Assembly (NCBI GenBank): GCA_964016885.1
Contig: OZ024743.1
Coordinates: 21,142,001-21,206,000, forward strand
Reading direction: 5' to 3'
Length of the DNA: 64,000 nt
Source of the DNA: Eledone cirrhosa
Lineage: Eukaryota
A model generated the notes under the pieces. It did no database searches. It had not been told where the DNA came from and was given only the letters and a program-made list of their open reading frames with translations. This document shows positions 23,076 to 36,838 of the stretch, one piece after another. Made by a program: the position numbers and the translations under genes. How positions within the stretch are numbered: position 1 is the first letter of the stretch; the number at the start of each line of letters is the position of its first letter.

Positions 23076-25635
23076 ATCATCATCATCATCATCATCATCG
23101 TTTAACGTCTATCTTCCACGCTAGTATGGGTTTAGTTGGGAATTGTCCCACGTGAGGCAAGATTGGTTGTCTTGCTCGTATAGGACTGTCTGGCGGGTTT
23201 TCTACGGCTGGATGCCCTTCCTAACACCAACCACGTTTACAGTGTGGACTGGGAGGTTTTTACCGTGTTGCCTACATGGCCGCATTACAGCGTGGACTGT
23301 GAGTTTTTTTGTTGTGAAACCTACACGACCTCATTTATTTAGGACCGGATGTTGTGGCACCAACTTAACTTTACATCGAAGGCTGGGGGTAGGGGTAGTG
23401 GATTGGGGGTGTATATTTGGTTCAGAGGTGCCTACTGACTGTAGGTTTCGCTTTGTACTTAGGCAAGGCGGGTCTTTTGTATTACTGCGTAGCGCCAAAG
23501 ATCTTGGTTCAGGGACATTGTCTTGGAGAGGTGTAAGTGTGTAAGGTCGGAATTTATCAAATCGTCCCAGGTTTTTCTGGGTCTGCCTACTCCGTAGCTT
23601 TCATCTATTTTGATCACCTTGCACTTTTTTTATACAGCTGTCGTCTTTCATGCGCATCACGTGACCATACCAACGTAGTCTTCTCTCGAGTATACAGCAT
23701 CTGATCCCTCTTATTCCTAATTTCTCACTTAGTTCATTTATGCTTTGCCGTTCATGTATATTACTATTACACATTCAACGGAGCATGCATGCTTCGTTCC
23801 TCTCCAGTCTGCGCAGATCCTCTGCACACAATGCCCATGTCTTACTGCCATGTAACATTGGTGTTTGTATGCAAGCATCATACAGTCTGCCTTTCATTCT
23901 TAGGGAGAAACCTTTAGCGGCCAATAGTGGTATAAGCTCTCTGAACTTTTTCCATCCCGTTCTGACTCTAGCTACTGTATTTTCAGAGCACCCTCCACCA
24001 CTACTGATTTTGTCACCCAGGTAACAGAAGGTGTCCACTATTTCTATAGAACCATCTGGGCAATGGAAGGAGCTAGTATCCTGTGGGCACTTGCTATTAC
24101 TTATTGCACCTGAGCACCGGCCACATATAAAATCTGTATTCTTAGTTAGTTTACCTGTGATCCCACTACATCTTTTATGCACCCATACTTTGCATTTGGG
24201 ACATAAAATGGAGTTTCTGCCTACTCCTTTCCTACACACTGAGCATGGCCATTTCCCAGGGGGGACCTGTGCCCTATTTTCCTTCCTACATACTAGAAAT
24301 TTAGTCTTAGGCAAGTTAACTTTAAGGCCTTTTGATTCTAGGCCATGCTTCCAAGTTTGGAATTTCTTCTCTAGTTCAGCCATTGATTCAGCTATGAGCG
24401 TTAGATCATCTGCGTATAGAAGTTCCCATAGGCAGCCGGTCTTGAACTCCTCTGTTATAGCCCGAAGGGCAACAATAAATAGGAGGGGGCTAAAGACAGA
24501 GCCCTGATGAACACCGACTTTTACGCTAAATTCTTCACTATATTCATTGTTAATTCTAACCTTGCTGATTGTTTCTTTATACATGGCTTGTATAGCTCTC
24601 ACGAGTCATTCATCAACACCTAGTTTTCTAAGAGCCCACCAGATAATGGAGCGGGGCACTCTGTCAAAGGCTTTCTCTAAGTCAACAAAAGCTAAATATA
24701 GGGGTTTACTTTTAGCTAGGTACTTCTCCTGTGGTTGTCGTACAAGGAAAAGAGCATCTGTGGTACTTTTACCTGACACAAACCCAAACTGCATTTCATC
24801 TAGATAAATTCTCTCTCTGATTAGTTGCGCTATAACTTTTTCTGCGACCTTCATGACCTGGTCAATTAATTTAATGCCTCTATAGTTTCCCCTATCTAGG
24901 ACATCTCCTTTACCCTTGTAGCAGTTAATGATGATGCTGCTACGCCAGTCATTTGGTATGACCCCATTCTGTATGACTTGGTTTACTATCCGGGAGACCA
25001 TAGTGTGTCCCACCGATCCAGAGGCTTTCAGCATTTCAGCAACAATCTCCGAAGGCCCAGCTGCTTTGCCTGTCTTCATAGGTTTGATTGCCTTACTTAT
25101 TATACTACCTTCAACTTGCACTGCTGGTCCCTCTATTGGATCGATTTGGGGCAGACTTTTCTTTTTCTCACTTATTCTCCTCATTTAGTAGCCTCTCGTA
25201 GTGACACTTCCAAGCTACCTTCTTATCAGTATCAGTGATGGCAAGTACACCATCATCATTACGGACACACGGCAATATCACGGTTTTCCTTGACGCATTG
25301 TCTAGCAATCCTGAACACATCACGTTTTTGGTCCTCGTGTTGTAGAACATGCTTGAACTTTCTTTCCTCTGCTTCCCTTCTTGCAAGGTACACTTGTCTC
25401 CTAGCTTCCCTCCTGGCCACTTGATAGTGTTCTCTACTTCTCCCATCCCACCATATTTTCCAAGCTTGCTTTTTGGCCTTGATTGACTCCTCCACCTTAC
25501 TGTTCCACCACCATGTTACTCTTCTCCTGCCTATAAGTCTGCTCCAGCCACAGATTTCATCTGTCGCCTTCAGTAGGTTAACTTTCAAGAATTCCCACTG
25601 TTTCTCTATACTGTATGTCTCTAATTGCTCTTCCT
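23076..25635 (-). mobile_element. 5'-truncated RTE LINE; RT with internal PHD-like finger; disabled
   Basis: FVDLEKAFD, GVHQGSVFSP, YADD and FCYLG motifs in ORFs 24606-25184 and 23775-24602; (GAT)n tail; stops and frameshifts. Confidence 0.92.
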
Positions 25636-25699
25636 TATATATATATATATATAAAATTAGGGAACAACGGATCAGTATTGCATCATATACTTATTTAAT

Positions 25700-25794
25700 A
25701 ACATATTACATATGTTTCATTCCCGATCAGCTCAAGGAATGATCGATTATGTTCATTCCCGACTCTGGAATCGAAGGCTCCTCAGATATATGTT
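25700..25794 (-). ncRNA. Type I hammerhead ribozyme candidate
   Basis: Minus strand: atatat CTGAGGA...attcc/ggaat GAAA catatg TA atatgt; stem I pairs, stem III palindromic, GUA site. Confidence 0.6.
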
Positions 25795-26144
25795 CTCACA
25801 TGTAGACTCACGCCCAAATATATATGAGAATAATTCATTAAAATGAATTTAATTTAAGAAAATTAAGATACTGACATGTATTAATCATGGTAATCAAGAT
25901 GTAATATGGAAAACTTAGGAGTAGAAAAAGGTGTTAGAGGAAGGGATTTAGTTGACTAGTGAAATTAAAAATAACTTTCTTAATCCAAATTTACATACCT
26001 ATAAACTCAAACTATTCACATTTTCTATTAAACTGCAACAACACAATAGATACAAGCATAACAACTACAGAATTCACAGTCTGATGTAGCTGCTCACAAA
26101 ATGTAAATCGTGGCAATCAGTCAATCCCAGTGTTATAAAATGAA

Positions 26145-27220
26145 CACATGCTCAGGTGCAATAGTTAGCAAGTGTCCACAGGATACTAGCCCCTTCTATT
26201 GCCCAGATGGTTCTATAGAAATAGTAGACACTTTCCGTTACCTGGGTGACGAAATCAGCAGTGGTGGAGGGTGTTCTGAAAGTACAGTAGCCAGAGTCAG
26301 AACGGGATGGAAAAAGTTCAGAGAGCTTATACCGATGTTGGCCACAAAAGGTTTCTCTCTAAAAATGAAAGGCAGATTTATGATGCTTGTATACGAACAG
26401 CAATGCTACATGACAGTGAGACATGGGCATTGCGTACAGAGGACCTGCGTAGACTGGAAAAGAACGAAGCATGCATGCTCCGTTGGATGTGTAATAGTAA
26501 TATACGTGAACGGCAAAGCATAAATGAACTAAGTGAGAAATTAGGAATAAGAGGAACAGATGCTGTTTACTCGAGAGAAGACTAATTTGGTATGGCCACG
26601 TGATGCGCATGAAAGACGACAGATATATAAAAAAGTGCAGGGCGATCAAAATTGATGGAAGTTACGGAGTAGGTAGACCCAGAAAAACCTGGGACGATCT
26701 GATAAATTCCGACCTTACACACTTACACCTCTCTAAGACAATGTCACTGGACCGAGATCTTTGGCGCTACGCAGTAATACAGAAGACCCGCCTTGCCTAA
26801 GTACAAAGCGAAACCTACTACAGTCACCTCTTAACCAAATATACACCCCAATCCACTACTGCTACCCTATCCTCCCACTCCCACCAACACCACCTTCTCT
26901 CTATAAAGTTGGTACCACAACATCCAGTCCAAATAAATGAGATAAATGAGATCGAGTTCGAGATCGTGTAGGTGTCACGAGAAAAAAACACACAGTCCAC
27001 GCTGTAATGTCGTCGTGTAGGTAACACGGTAAAAAGTTCCCAGTTCCACACTGTAAATGTGGTTGGTGTTAGGAAGGGCATCCAGCCGTAGAAAACCTGC
27101 CAGATAGTCCTATATGAGCGAGACATGGTCACCCGACCAACCTTGCCTCAAGTGGGACAACTCCCATCTAACCCATGCTAGCGTGGAAAATGGACGTTAA
27201 ACGAAGATGATGATGATGAC
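26145..27220 (+). mobile_element. RTE LINE 3' fragment, same family as 23076
   Basis: FRYLGDEISSGGGC...GRPRKTWDD and (GAT)n tail. Confidence 0.9.
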
Positions 27221-27230
27221 ACATATAAAT

Positions 27231-27400
27231 AATTGTTTCTACTTTTGGCATAAGGCCAGCAATTACCCAGTACATTACTGGTACTTTATTTTATCGACCC
27301 CGTAAGGTTGAAAGGCAAAGTGAACCTCGGCGGGATTTGAACTCAGACCGTAAAGGGACGTAACTATGCTGGAAAGCATGGCATCCGACTCTCTACCGAT
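27231..27400 (-). mobile_element. SINE family B with TSD
   Basis: Flanked by atataaataat on both sides. Confidence 0.85.
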
Positions 27401-27611
27401 ATATAAATAATAAACGACAAATAGCATATTTATCCAGTCTGGCCTTCTGTGGTTATTTATCAAATACTTTACTCTGCTCCTGCACCAACCACTGGATTCC
27501 ACATCTATGATGGATGACCTGCATAACGTTGAGTGCTTTGTTTGGTTTGTTACATCATGATTTGCTGACCAAAACCACCAGTTCTGCCCATTGGTAATCA
27601 AAATAACTTAA

Positions 27612-27800
27612 ATGGCTGAGTGGTTAGAGAATTGGATTTGCAATCGTGAGGTTGTGAGTTTGATTCCCGGACCGGCCAATGTGTTATGTCCTTGAGCAAG
27701 ACACTTTATTTCACGTTGCTCCTTCTACCTGGAGTTGCGACCAATAGAGAGTATTAGCAATTAGAAAGACCAATAGAAACATTGTTTCCTCGTTCTGATT
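27612..27800 (+). mobile_element. SINE with family A head and a distinct 3' tail
   Basis: tRNA head, CORE-like segment, then tail accaatagaaacattgtttcctcg; same composite inverted at 31860-32060. Confidence 0.7.
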
Positions 27801-28660
27801 TGACGAAAGTCAATCGACTGTCGATATATATAATTCTAATTCTAACCTAATTTTAATTCTAGCATTAACTCTCACACAGTCATCTAACTACGGCTCTAGT
27901 TCACCTAAACTAACAATAAAACAAAATGTAAACCGTTTTTAAACAAGTTTTATCTAGTTTATTTTATTTCATTATATTCTAGCTTCTCCCCCTTAGCTCC
28001 CTATAGCTTCCTCTTACTTTTTCCTGAATTACATGCACTACAAAAAAAAAAAAAAGAAAGAAAAACTTCACATCCCGCTATGTATATATATACATATATA
28101 TATATGCGTGGACATGTGAGTCTAATGGATCTTCTCATTGATTTTGATGTATGAGGCTGCAACAGTCAAGTTCTGTTTTAGTTTTGATGTTTATGTTTCT
28201 TATGTGTCTTTAATCCAGTCAATGATTTCTAGATTAGACCACAGATTAGACATGAGAAAGGACTGTTATACAAAGCTTTTAACATGATAGATTGAATCTT
28301 CGCCTTTGCTCTCTAGGTTTTAAGATGGTTCAGAACTGCTTGTTTCATATTTTTTCATGACTTTAGAGCAAGTTAACTCCAATTCTTTGCAATTCAGTGC
28401 ATTTTTTTCAAATGTTTCTGGAAGAAAATTTGTCATTTCTAGCTTAGCTTTAATCTTGTCCTTCTCCCTCACTCAGGGTCTTCCTTCGTTTAAAGTTTCA
28501 TTGTAGGACATTTAGAATTCTTGTAGGACATTTAGAATTCTGTTGTCGTTCATTCTAACATGACAAATCCATTTTAATAAGGATTGCAAAAAAAAAAAAA
28601 GAAAAGATTCAATGCCAGCAATTTTACATTTAGATAATAGGTAAATATTTGATTTTATAT

Positions 28661-29611
28661 ATGGAAAAAATGAAATTTCATTTCTCACTCATAGTACGGC
28701 TGATACTTAAATATAAGTATGTATACGTACATACATATATGTATACAGACGTACAGTAGTATGTATATACATACATACATGCACACACATATATATGTAC
28801 GTATGGGTTTACCAAACATTTATTATAATGTTCGGTTTGTTTGTAAACAAACAGCCTGAATTAAGCCGTACAGTGTTCGGCAACCATCGTTGCTCTTTTG
28901 TTCAACACTGACAAAGGAACGATGAACGAGTTTCTAGCTTATTAGCTGTCATCAGCACCGTATACCTTCCTGTCAGTCGATTGAACGTTTGAAAGTATAT
29001 ACTTTCCTCATGCATATTAACGGCTGAGCAGCCTAATTTGCATATCGAGTGAGTTAGTCGGCCGGGCGTACCGAAAACGAAAAATGGAAAAAATGAAATT
29101 TCATTTCTCACTCATAGTACGGCTGATACTTAAATATAAGTATGTATACGTACATACATATATGTATACAGACGTACAGTACTATGTATATACATACATG
29201 CACACATATATATATGTACGTATGGGTTTACCAAACATTTATTATAATGTTCGGTTTGTATGTAAACAAACAGCCCGAATTAAGCCGTACAGTGTTCGAC
29301 AACCATCGTTGCCCTTTTGTTCAACACTGATGAAGGAACGACGAACTAGTTTCTAGCTTATGACAGCTAATAAGCTAGAAACTAGTTCATCGTTCCCGTG
29401 TCAGTGTTGAACAAAAGGGCAACGATGGTTGCCGAACACTGTACGGCTTAATTCGGGCTGTTTGTTTACAAACAAACCGAACATTATAATAAATGTTTGG
29501 TAAACCCATACGTACATATATATATATATGTGTTCATGTATGTATGTATGTATATACATAGTACTGTACGTCTGTATACATATATATATATGTACATATA
29601 CATACTTATAT
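28661..29611 (-). mobile_element. Non-coding hammerhead-bearing element: ~423-bp tandem unit plus inverted end (retrozyme/PLE-like)
   Basis: Unit 28661-29083 is partly repeated at 29084-29360, then inverted at 29360-29611, abutting (TA)n. Confidence 0.8.
28920..28960 (-). ncRNA. Minimal type I hammerhead ribozyme
   Basis: Minus strand: cggtg CTGATGA cagct-aata-agcta GAAA ctcg (ctag in sister copies) TT catcg. Confidence 0.75.
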
Positions 29612-29612
29612 G

Positions 29613-29669
<57 letters not shown>

Positions 29670-31859
29670 GTCCATTTCCCATAGTGGCATGTGTTCAACG
29701 CCTTTGAGATATTGCAAAGTTTCAATTTTCATTTCCCTGTGTTGTTTATCAACCAAGTAGCAAAGTTGTTTCAGCTTTGATCTCACCACGTTTTTTTTTC
29801 TCTCATCTTCCTCTACTTTGAATAAATTTTATTGTCAACATATATATACTGTTTTCCATGCACCAGTTTTTGTTTATTGTCTATACTGATACAGCAGCTT
29901 CTTTTGATGTATTAGCTAATATTTATAATTTCCAATTACTTTATCAACTATAAAGCGATGTTCATATTCAACTCGTCTTTCTTAATCATACAAAGCCTTC
30001 ACAGAACAGAGGAGTAAAGTCAGGAATGCTTTTGATTATAAGCTTTCTCAACCAGAGAGGGTATTCTATCTGATTTTATAGCTACATATTTCGTTATTTT
30101 GATTCCAACATTTCAAACTTCAAATCATTCAAGTGCGTCATAAAATCATAAAATTTTAACAAACATTTCATATTAATAGTTGCAGCTTAGTTTATTTTAA
30201 TAATTTTAAATAACTTTCATTAGATTTAGAGTGTAGAATTATAAAAAGTAGAACAAATTAATTGAAACCTAACTTGTCACCCATGCTCAGTCTTGCTTTC
30301 TTTCCCTCCATATCTTTTAGTGAGAGGCTTTCTATCATTGAACAACAATGGTAGAGGTTATTCGTAACCAACACATTCTATACAATATATTGAAAATATT
30401 TCATACGTCTTGTTCTGAAATAACTATTGGTTTTCTCTTCCTGTCACAATGTCTGTATATCTTGAGAAAACCAATTAGGTTCGTTCTGTAACTACTCTCC
30501 TCTCTATTTTATATTACTTCATCTGTCTTTAATTAGCCATTTGTCTGGGGATTTCAATGAATCGATTGAAATAAAATAACTACAGTAGTTTTATCACCAG
30601 AAACATTATCAGGTAGCATTTATAGCCAGTACATCAAATATATGCAGTCGGTGAAACGTACTACTACTACTACTACTACTACTACCACTACTACTACTAC
30701 TACTACAACCACCATCACCACCGCCATCACTGCCTTAGACATCTTTTCAGCAAAAGAAGTATTTTAACATGTGCAACCCTCACATGCCAATCCTTCATCT
30801 AAAACAAGACATTAATATTTATCCACAATCACCCCTGAGAGTTTCAGTTTTATAATTATTTCTTAATTCTTATTCCTAGCATGTTTGAAATTTTTACAAA
30901 TGTAATAGAAAATTGAATCTTATATGAATGTTTATTTCTGTGTATACTAAAGCCATTAGTTTGTCCTGTGTATTGATAAAATAAATCAGGCTAGATCTAT
31001 TTTCAAGTTAGCAACTGTACATATTGCCATATTTACGTGTCTACTTGATTTCTGACTATCTGGAAACACTATTTTTGTTATTAAACATTCTACTAAATTT
31101 TATTTTCTTATAGCAATAATTACAATGTCGATATCCAGTTAAAGAAAATTTATTTGCAGCAATTTTCTTATTCTTATATTCTTATGCTGGTTACAGTCCT
31201 TGAGACATAGCCAAATTGTGATGAGATAATTGTTTTGCAGCAATAAAATAAATTTCCTCTCCTTATATAGTATAACATAGTCTATGCTATCCTGGTAGGG
31301 TTACAATAAGACTATAACATGTCCTTAGTTGTCTCCCATATATGCCGAAGTAGCTAATACTAGCAGAACCCATAGATATTCCAAATCTTATATTTTTTTT
31401 AAATTGCTATTTTGATGAATAAACATATAGCTCTTCATAACATTGTTAGATTATATTAGAGATTTTGATTATGTTTTCAATTTTGTTCCATAGTTAATTT
31501 TGCTTAAAATGTAACTTTCATGGTTGTCTCAATAAGTTCAAGATTTGAATTATGTCCCCACTTTCATTCCATGATTAAGCATGTTCAAAACGTAAAATGC
31601 AAAAGTATTTTATTACATGAAAGGTTTCAATTATGTCTTCAATTTTATTCCCAAGGTAAACTTGTTTAAATCATAACACTAAAACTTGTTTCATTATATT
31701 AAGATATCAAATGTGTTTTTGAATATTCCATTGTTAGAAGTTATTGAAGCAGAACTTAGGAATGACACTGAAGATATTATAGATAAAATTAGTCATTGAC
31801 TAATATGTAATAACAGTCAATCAACAAGATCCCAGACCTCATTCGCTTAACAAGTGAGG

Positions 31860-32060
31860 TGAAGCTTGTCAAATTGGACCGAGGAAACAATGTTTCTATT
31901 GGTAATTCCAATTGCTAATACTATCTACCAGTTACCAATCCAGGCAGAAGGAGCAATGTGAAATAAAGTGCCTTGCTCAAGACATAATGCATCACCCAGT
32001 CCAGGAATTCAACTCACAACCTCATGATTGTGAAGCCAATTCTCTTACCACTCAACCTAA
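31860..32060 (-). mobile_element. SINE, same composite as 27612
   Basis: Reverse complement of the 27612-27800 head and tail. Confidence 0.7.
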
Positions 32061-33185
32061 ACTATTATTTTTTTACAAGCATGAATGTAATAACCTCACA
32101 GAAAAAAAGAGTAATTAATTTTCAGTTAGTATATGATGATGATGATGATGATGATATGCTATAAGGATTTACCTAAAAATACAGAAATGAATAACATTTT
32201 TAAAGACTAATTAGACCTTAAATATTAATTAAAACAATATAACTACGGTTGCAAATAAATTTAGCAAAATAGATTTATTGCGAAAAAAGTAATAAAAAAC
32301 AAAACAAAAACAATTGAAGAATTTGGAAACAATTTTTAAACAATCTTAATAAATAGATGAAAATGAATACTTAGATCTGTCCATCCATCAACACATATAC
32401 ATAAACTCACGCACATACCCCACCCATATAAATATGTGTGTGTGATTGTGAATATATATATATATGGTTTTATGAATTCAATAATATGCTGTTGTATTTT
32501 TATTTTTTCGTCTGTGACTTTGTCACAAAAACTTTGGAGGGTGAGAGTAAGGGAGCAAAACAAAGAAAGAGGATGAAATTGGTAGGTAAATAGCTTGAAT
32601 GGTAGTGAGATGTATGTAAGGAGAAAGAAAGTAATTCACCAATACACACAGATAATTACTTAAATATATGTACAGACACACAAGATCGTTGTACAAAATC
32701 TTCTGATGAAATGAAATTATCATTGTGTAAATTCCTTAAGACACACTAGATAGAAACATAGAGAGAGAAACAAAGAAGGAGAGAATGAGGTAACAAAAGA
32801 TGCAGTGATGTCATAAACTTTGCTAAGTATTTTTACTCTTCACTCTCTCTCTATTTTTTTTAGGTGTGTCATAAAAATATTTTTAAAACAAGCTGTAATA
32901 TTTTTTACATCAAATGGCTATGAGCTTTTATATTGTTGTCATCCATTATTTTCAGCATGTAGCATGTGCTATCACATTTATGAATTATTGGCAACATTTT
33001 TTACTTTTAAATACAAAGCAGAAGGTTTTTAAATAAGAAACTCATCACTGGTTTCACCTATCATTCTAAACAGATGTACCATTTGCTATAAATAATAAGA
33101 CTGATGTCATCTCATTTTTGTCAACAAGGGTACCTAATTGTAAATGCTTGAGTTTTGAATTAAATATGCTTTAGATCATGGGATG

Positions 33186-33216
<31 letters not shown>

Positions 33217-33271
33217 TTACTACTACTACTACTACTACTATTACTACTACTACTACTACTACTCATAATAA

Positions 33272-33457
33272 TTGTGTCTACTTTTGGCACAAGGCCAGTA
33301 ATTATCCAGTACATTACTGGTACTTTATTTTATCGACCCCGTATGGATGAAAGGCAAAGTTAACCTCGGTGGGATTTGAACTCAGATCGTAAAGGGACGT
33401 AACTATGCTGGAAAACATGTCCGACCCTCTACCGACACTGCCAATTCACCGCCCCCA
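33272..33457 (-). mobile_element. SINE family B, full length, with TSD
   Basis: TSD ctactactcataataat flanks both ends. Confidence 0.85.
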
Positions 33458-33689
33458 CCTACTACTCATAATAATATTTTCTGACATAGGAACAAGGCTC
33501 CAAATCTTGAAAGGTGAAGATTTATTTGATGAGACTGACACCACTAATTGAATAACTGGGCATTTATTTTAACAATCCTGAGAAATAAAAGGCACAGAGA
33601 GTCTCAGTAATTTTGGAGGAGGGGAAAGCCAATTGATTCCAGTGCATGACGGCTACTTTATTTTAGGTAAAATATAGATTATTGTTGTT

Positions 33690-34200
33690 ATTTGACTATT
33701 TATCACAACTGACTATGATGTTGCTTTGAGTCGGTTATTTTAGGGAATACAGGACTACAACTAATGGCCTAGGATAACTCCAATATTTTCGCATCTTTCC
33801 TTATCATTTCACTATTGCTGGCAGTCCAGAACCTTTCTTAAAATTTGAGCTATTTCCTGTAGGAATGTCTTCTGGAGTGGTTCGATCCCTGGTGCAAAGT
33901 CTATTTGGCAGGTAGTTTTCAAGGTTCTTTGTCACCATGTTAAGAGCACCAATCACCACTGGGACAATAGTGACTGTCTTCACTTCATTACTCCAGCATT
34001 TCAAAATTTCATATTTTAGGTCAGTATAAACACCCTATTTACTCCTATTTTCATTCAATTCTGGTGTCAAAAGGACACACTACATGTATGACATCTGGTT
34101 TGTTGTGCCCAATCTTTGCCTCAGTTTGAATTGGGAAATCCCATAAGAGCTTTATCACATCATTCTCTCGCACTCTCATCTCATTTATTACACCATTTTT
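33690..34200 (-). mobile_element. R4/Dong-like 3' RLE remnant
   Basis: VKTVTIVPVVIGALNMVTKNLENYL, with upstream KLLWDFPIQT and KPDV-like motifs. Confidence 0.7.
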
Positions 34201-35739
34201 CATAGCTGTTTTCTACAAGAGGTTAATTTAAATGATTTGTTATTTTCCAAGTAAAGGTTATATTGATATTTAGATTACTCTGTAAAATGTCGCCAATCTG
34301 TAGCTTGAAAGTTAAACCCTTTGAGATCAACTTGTCCCAGATTATCCCTGGTTCCTATGATATAAAACCTATCATTCTAACCCTTCTGATACCAAGTTGC
34401 CTGAAACTTGTCCTTTGTGTCAAAGTGTTTATATTTATCTAAAATAATCCTTCCAACCTAAATGTTATGTAAATACTTTTGTTAATCTATGTTCCTAACA
34501 CCATCTTAATAATGAGAAAGTTATCTATATTACTAAATCCCAACAAATTCTTAGTATTTTAAAATCATAGTCATAGAAATATGATAACGAAAGGGGTAAA
34601 ATGTTCATATATAAATTAAAACCTTCAATCATGATTTTATATGAGAAACTTTTCATAATAATAAAAAAGTTATCTATTTTTCTAAATCTGTTCATATTTT
34701 TGGTTATTTTCAAAATTAATTAAAAACATACAAGTTAGTTCTTTCATAATAAATAAGGCAAAAAAGGTTTAACTGCGATTAGTAGTTGTATATAATTATC
34801 TGTTAATTATGGGTAGTTAAGATAAGACTTGGTCAAGAAAGTGCTGACTTTTACTTAAGGAAGTATGTCAGCAACTTTGTTGAATGAATTTACTATGATT
34901 GAAGTATTTTTCTATATATTAACAATGGATATATCAACCCAGTCATCTTTGAAAACAAATTGAGATACATCTTATATCACACATAAACACACATTTACAT
35001 TTACACAAACATAAACATACATGCAACCATAAGTTCATACATTTGCATTCATACATAAACATAAACTCACACACGTACACACGCATGTGCAAATATAAAC
35101 ACCCATTTACATTCACACACATGCACATACAAACATACATACACACACTCACATACATACTCGCACACAAACATATACTTCTTGCTTATGGTTGTCCATT
35201 GAATCTAATGGTGATTACTTTTACTCATATGCATTCATTCACTCAGAAACATAAACTTATTCACACATATACTCATACAAACATATACAAGCACACACAC
35301 CTATACATAGTCATATACATATACACATGCAGTACATAGTTATATCATCTATTCCTATTCACTTATGGTAAAAATCAATGCAATTCAATTCATTTAGGAG
35401 ATTTAAATTGAATTGAATTTTATATATTTAAGTAACTGATTAAATATTAATACCCACCACAATTTGGTAGAATACCACATGACACACAATTACATTAGTT
35501 TTAGGAATGTATTAGCAAAATATTCTCTAAACTATACTTTATATATTGAAGCTAATTAACCCTTTTGTTGCCATATTTCTAATGAAATACACTAGATTTC
35601 AATGAAGAATTTTGGGGGTATTATTAAAATTATTAATTATTTCATTACTAAGACAGCAATTTAACATATGATTCTTATGAAAAAATTATTTGGTAGATTT
35701 TAATTTAAATAAGAATCCTTAGGTAGAGAGCCATGTTCA

Positions 35740-36320
35740 TGAGTGATGGAAGGCAGAAGGCTGAATTAAGTGCAAGAATTGCAGGAGATGGCAACAGCTT
35801 CAGCATTCAGTAATCAGAAGAAGGGGTATAGGTGTAAAAGCCAAACTCACTATCATCAATTCGATATTCATGCCTACTCTTACCTATCGTCATGAATCTT
35901 GGACAGTGACCAAAAGAATACGATCACAAATACAAGTGGCCAGAATGGGGTTCTTCCAAAGGGTCTTTAGAGTAACATTACTTGATAGAGTGCATAACTC
36001 AACGATCAGAGAATCACTCCAAGTAGAGCCGCTACTTCTCCGAATCGAGAGATCACAGCCCCGATAATATGGGCATGTGGTTAGAATGTCACGGGAAAGA
36101 ATCGCTGGACAGATTTTACGGGCAAAACCAATTAGCAGGAGACCCAGAGGCAGACCCCCGAGCAAGATATTTGGATAAAATCCATTAGCTTGGGTAGTCT
36201 TGCTTGAGGATCTAGCCAGACCAGTTGAAGATGGTTGCTTCTGACAGGACCCACTGAAAGGAGTGTCTGAGGACTCTACCCCCATGACCCTCGCAGGAAT
36301 AAGTGGATGAAGAAGGAGAT
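35740..36320 (+). mobile_element. RTE-like LINE 3' fragment
   Basis: PTLTYRHESW...IRESLQVEPLLLRIERSQ..YGHVVRM...RRPRGRP. Confidence 0.8.
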
Positions 36321-36651
36321 CCTTTAAAATGAGCTGTTTTGTTTCATGAGACCAGAGCTAGTTTTGATAAACTAGGACCAGAGGGAGATAATGAGGATCT
36401 TTCCTTGTCATAGATATTAAATTCTTGGTGGAGTTTTAGGGACGTTATTGTGACATATAGCATGACTTGGACATTAAAATTTTGCATAATAAAGCCCTCT
36501 CCAATCAGAGGATAGGGTAGAAGAAGAAGAAGAAGAAGAAGAAGGATAAAAGGTGACTTTGGTAGGATAAAATTTGACCTTGGTGGGATTTGAAAATAGT
36601 GCAGGTAACTGACAATTTGCTTCCTACTTTGTCAAAAATACAGATAATAAT

Positions 36652-36838
36652 TGTTTCTACTTTTGGCACAAGGCCAGCAATTATCCAGTACATTGCTGGT
36701 ACTTTATTTTATCGACCCCGTAAGGATGAAAGGCAAAGTTAACCTCTGCGAGATTTGAACTCAGATCGTAAAGGGACATAACTCTTTGCATCAAAGCATG
36801 GCGTCCGACCCTCTACTGATACTGCCAATCCACCGCCC
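36652..36838 (-). mobile_element. SINE family B with 15-bp TSD
   Basis: TSD aatacagataataat at both ends. Confidence 0.85.

Noticed and set aside
24031-24507. 158-aa plus-strand ORF (also 54176-54598)
   Set aside because: It is the antisense shadow of the RTE RT frame.
27727-31943. Large DNA transposon with TIRs at 27727-27800 and 31868-31943
   Set aside because: Each arm is the tail of an independent composite SINE copy in opposite orientation.
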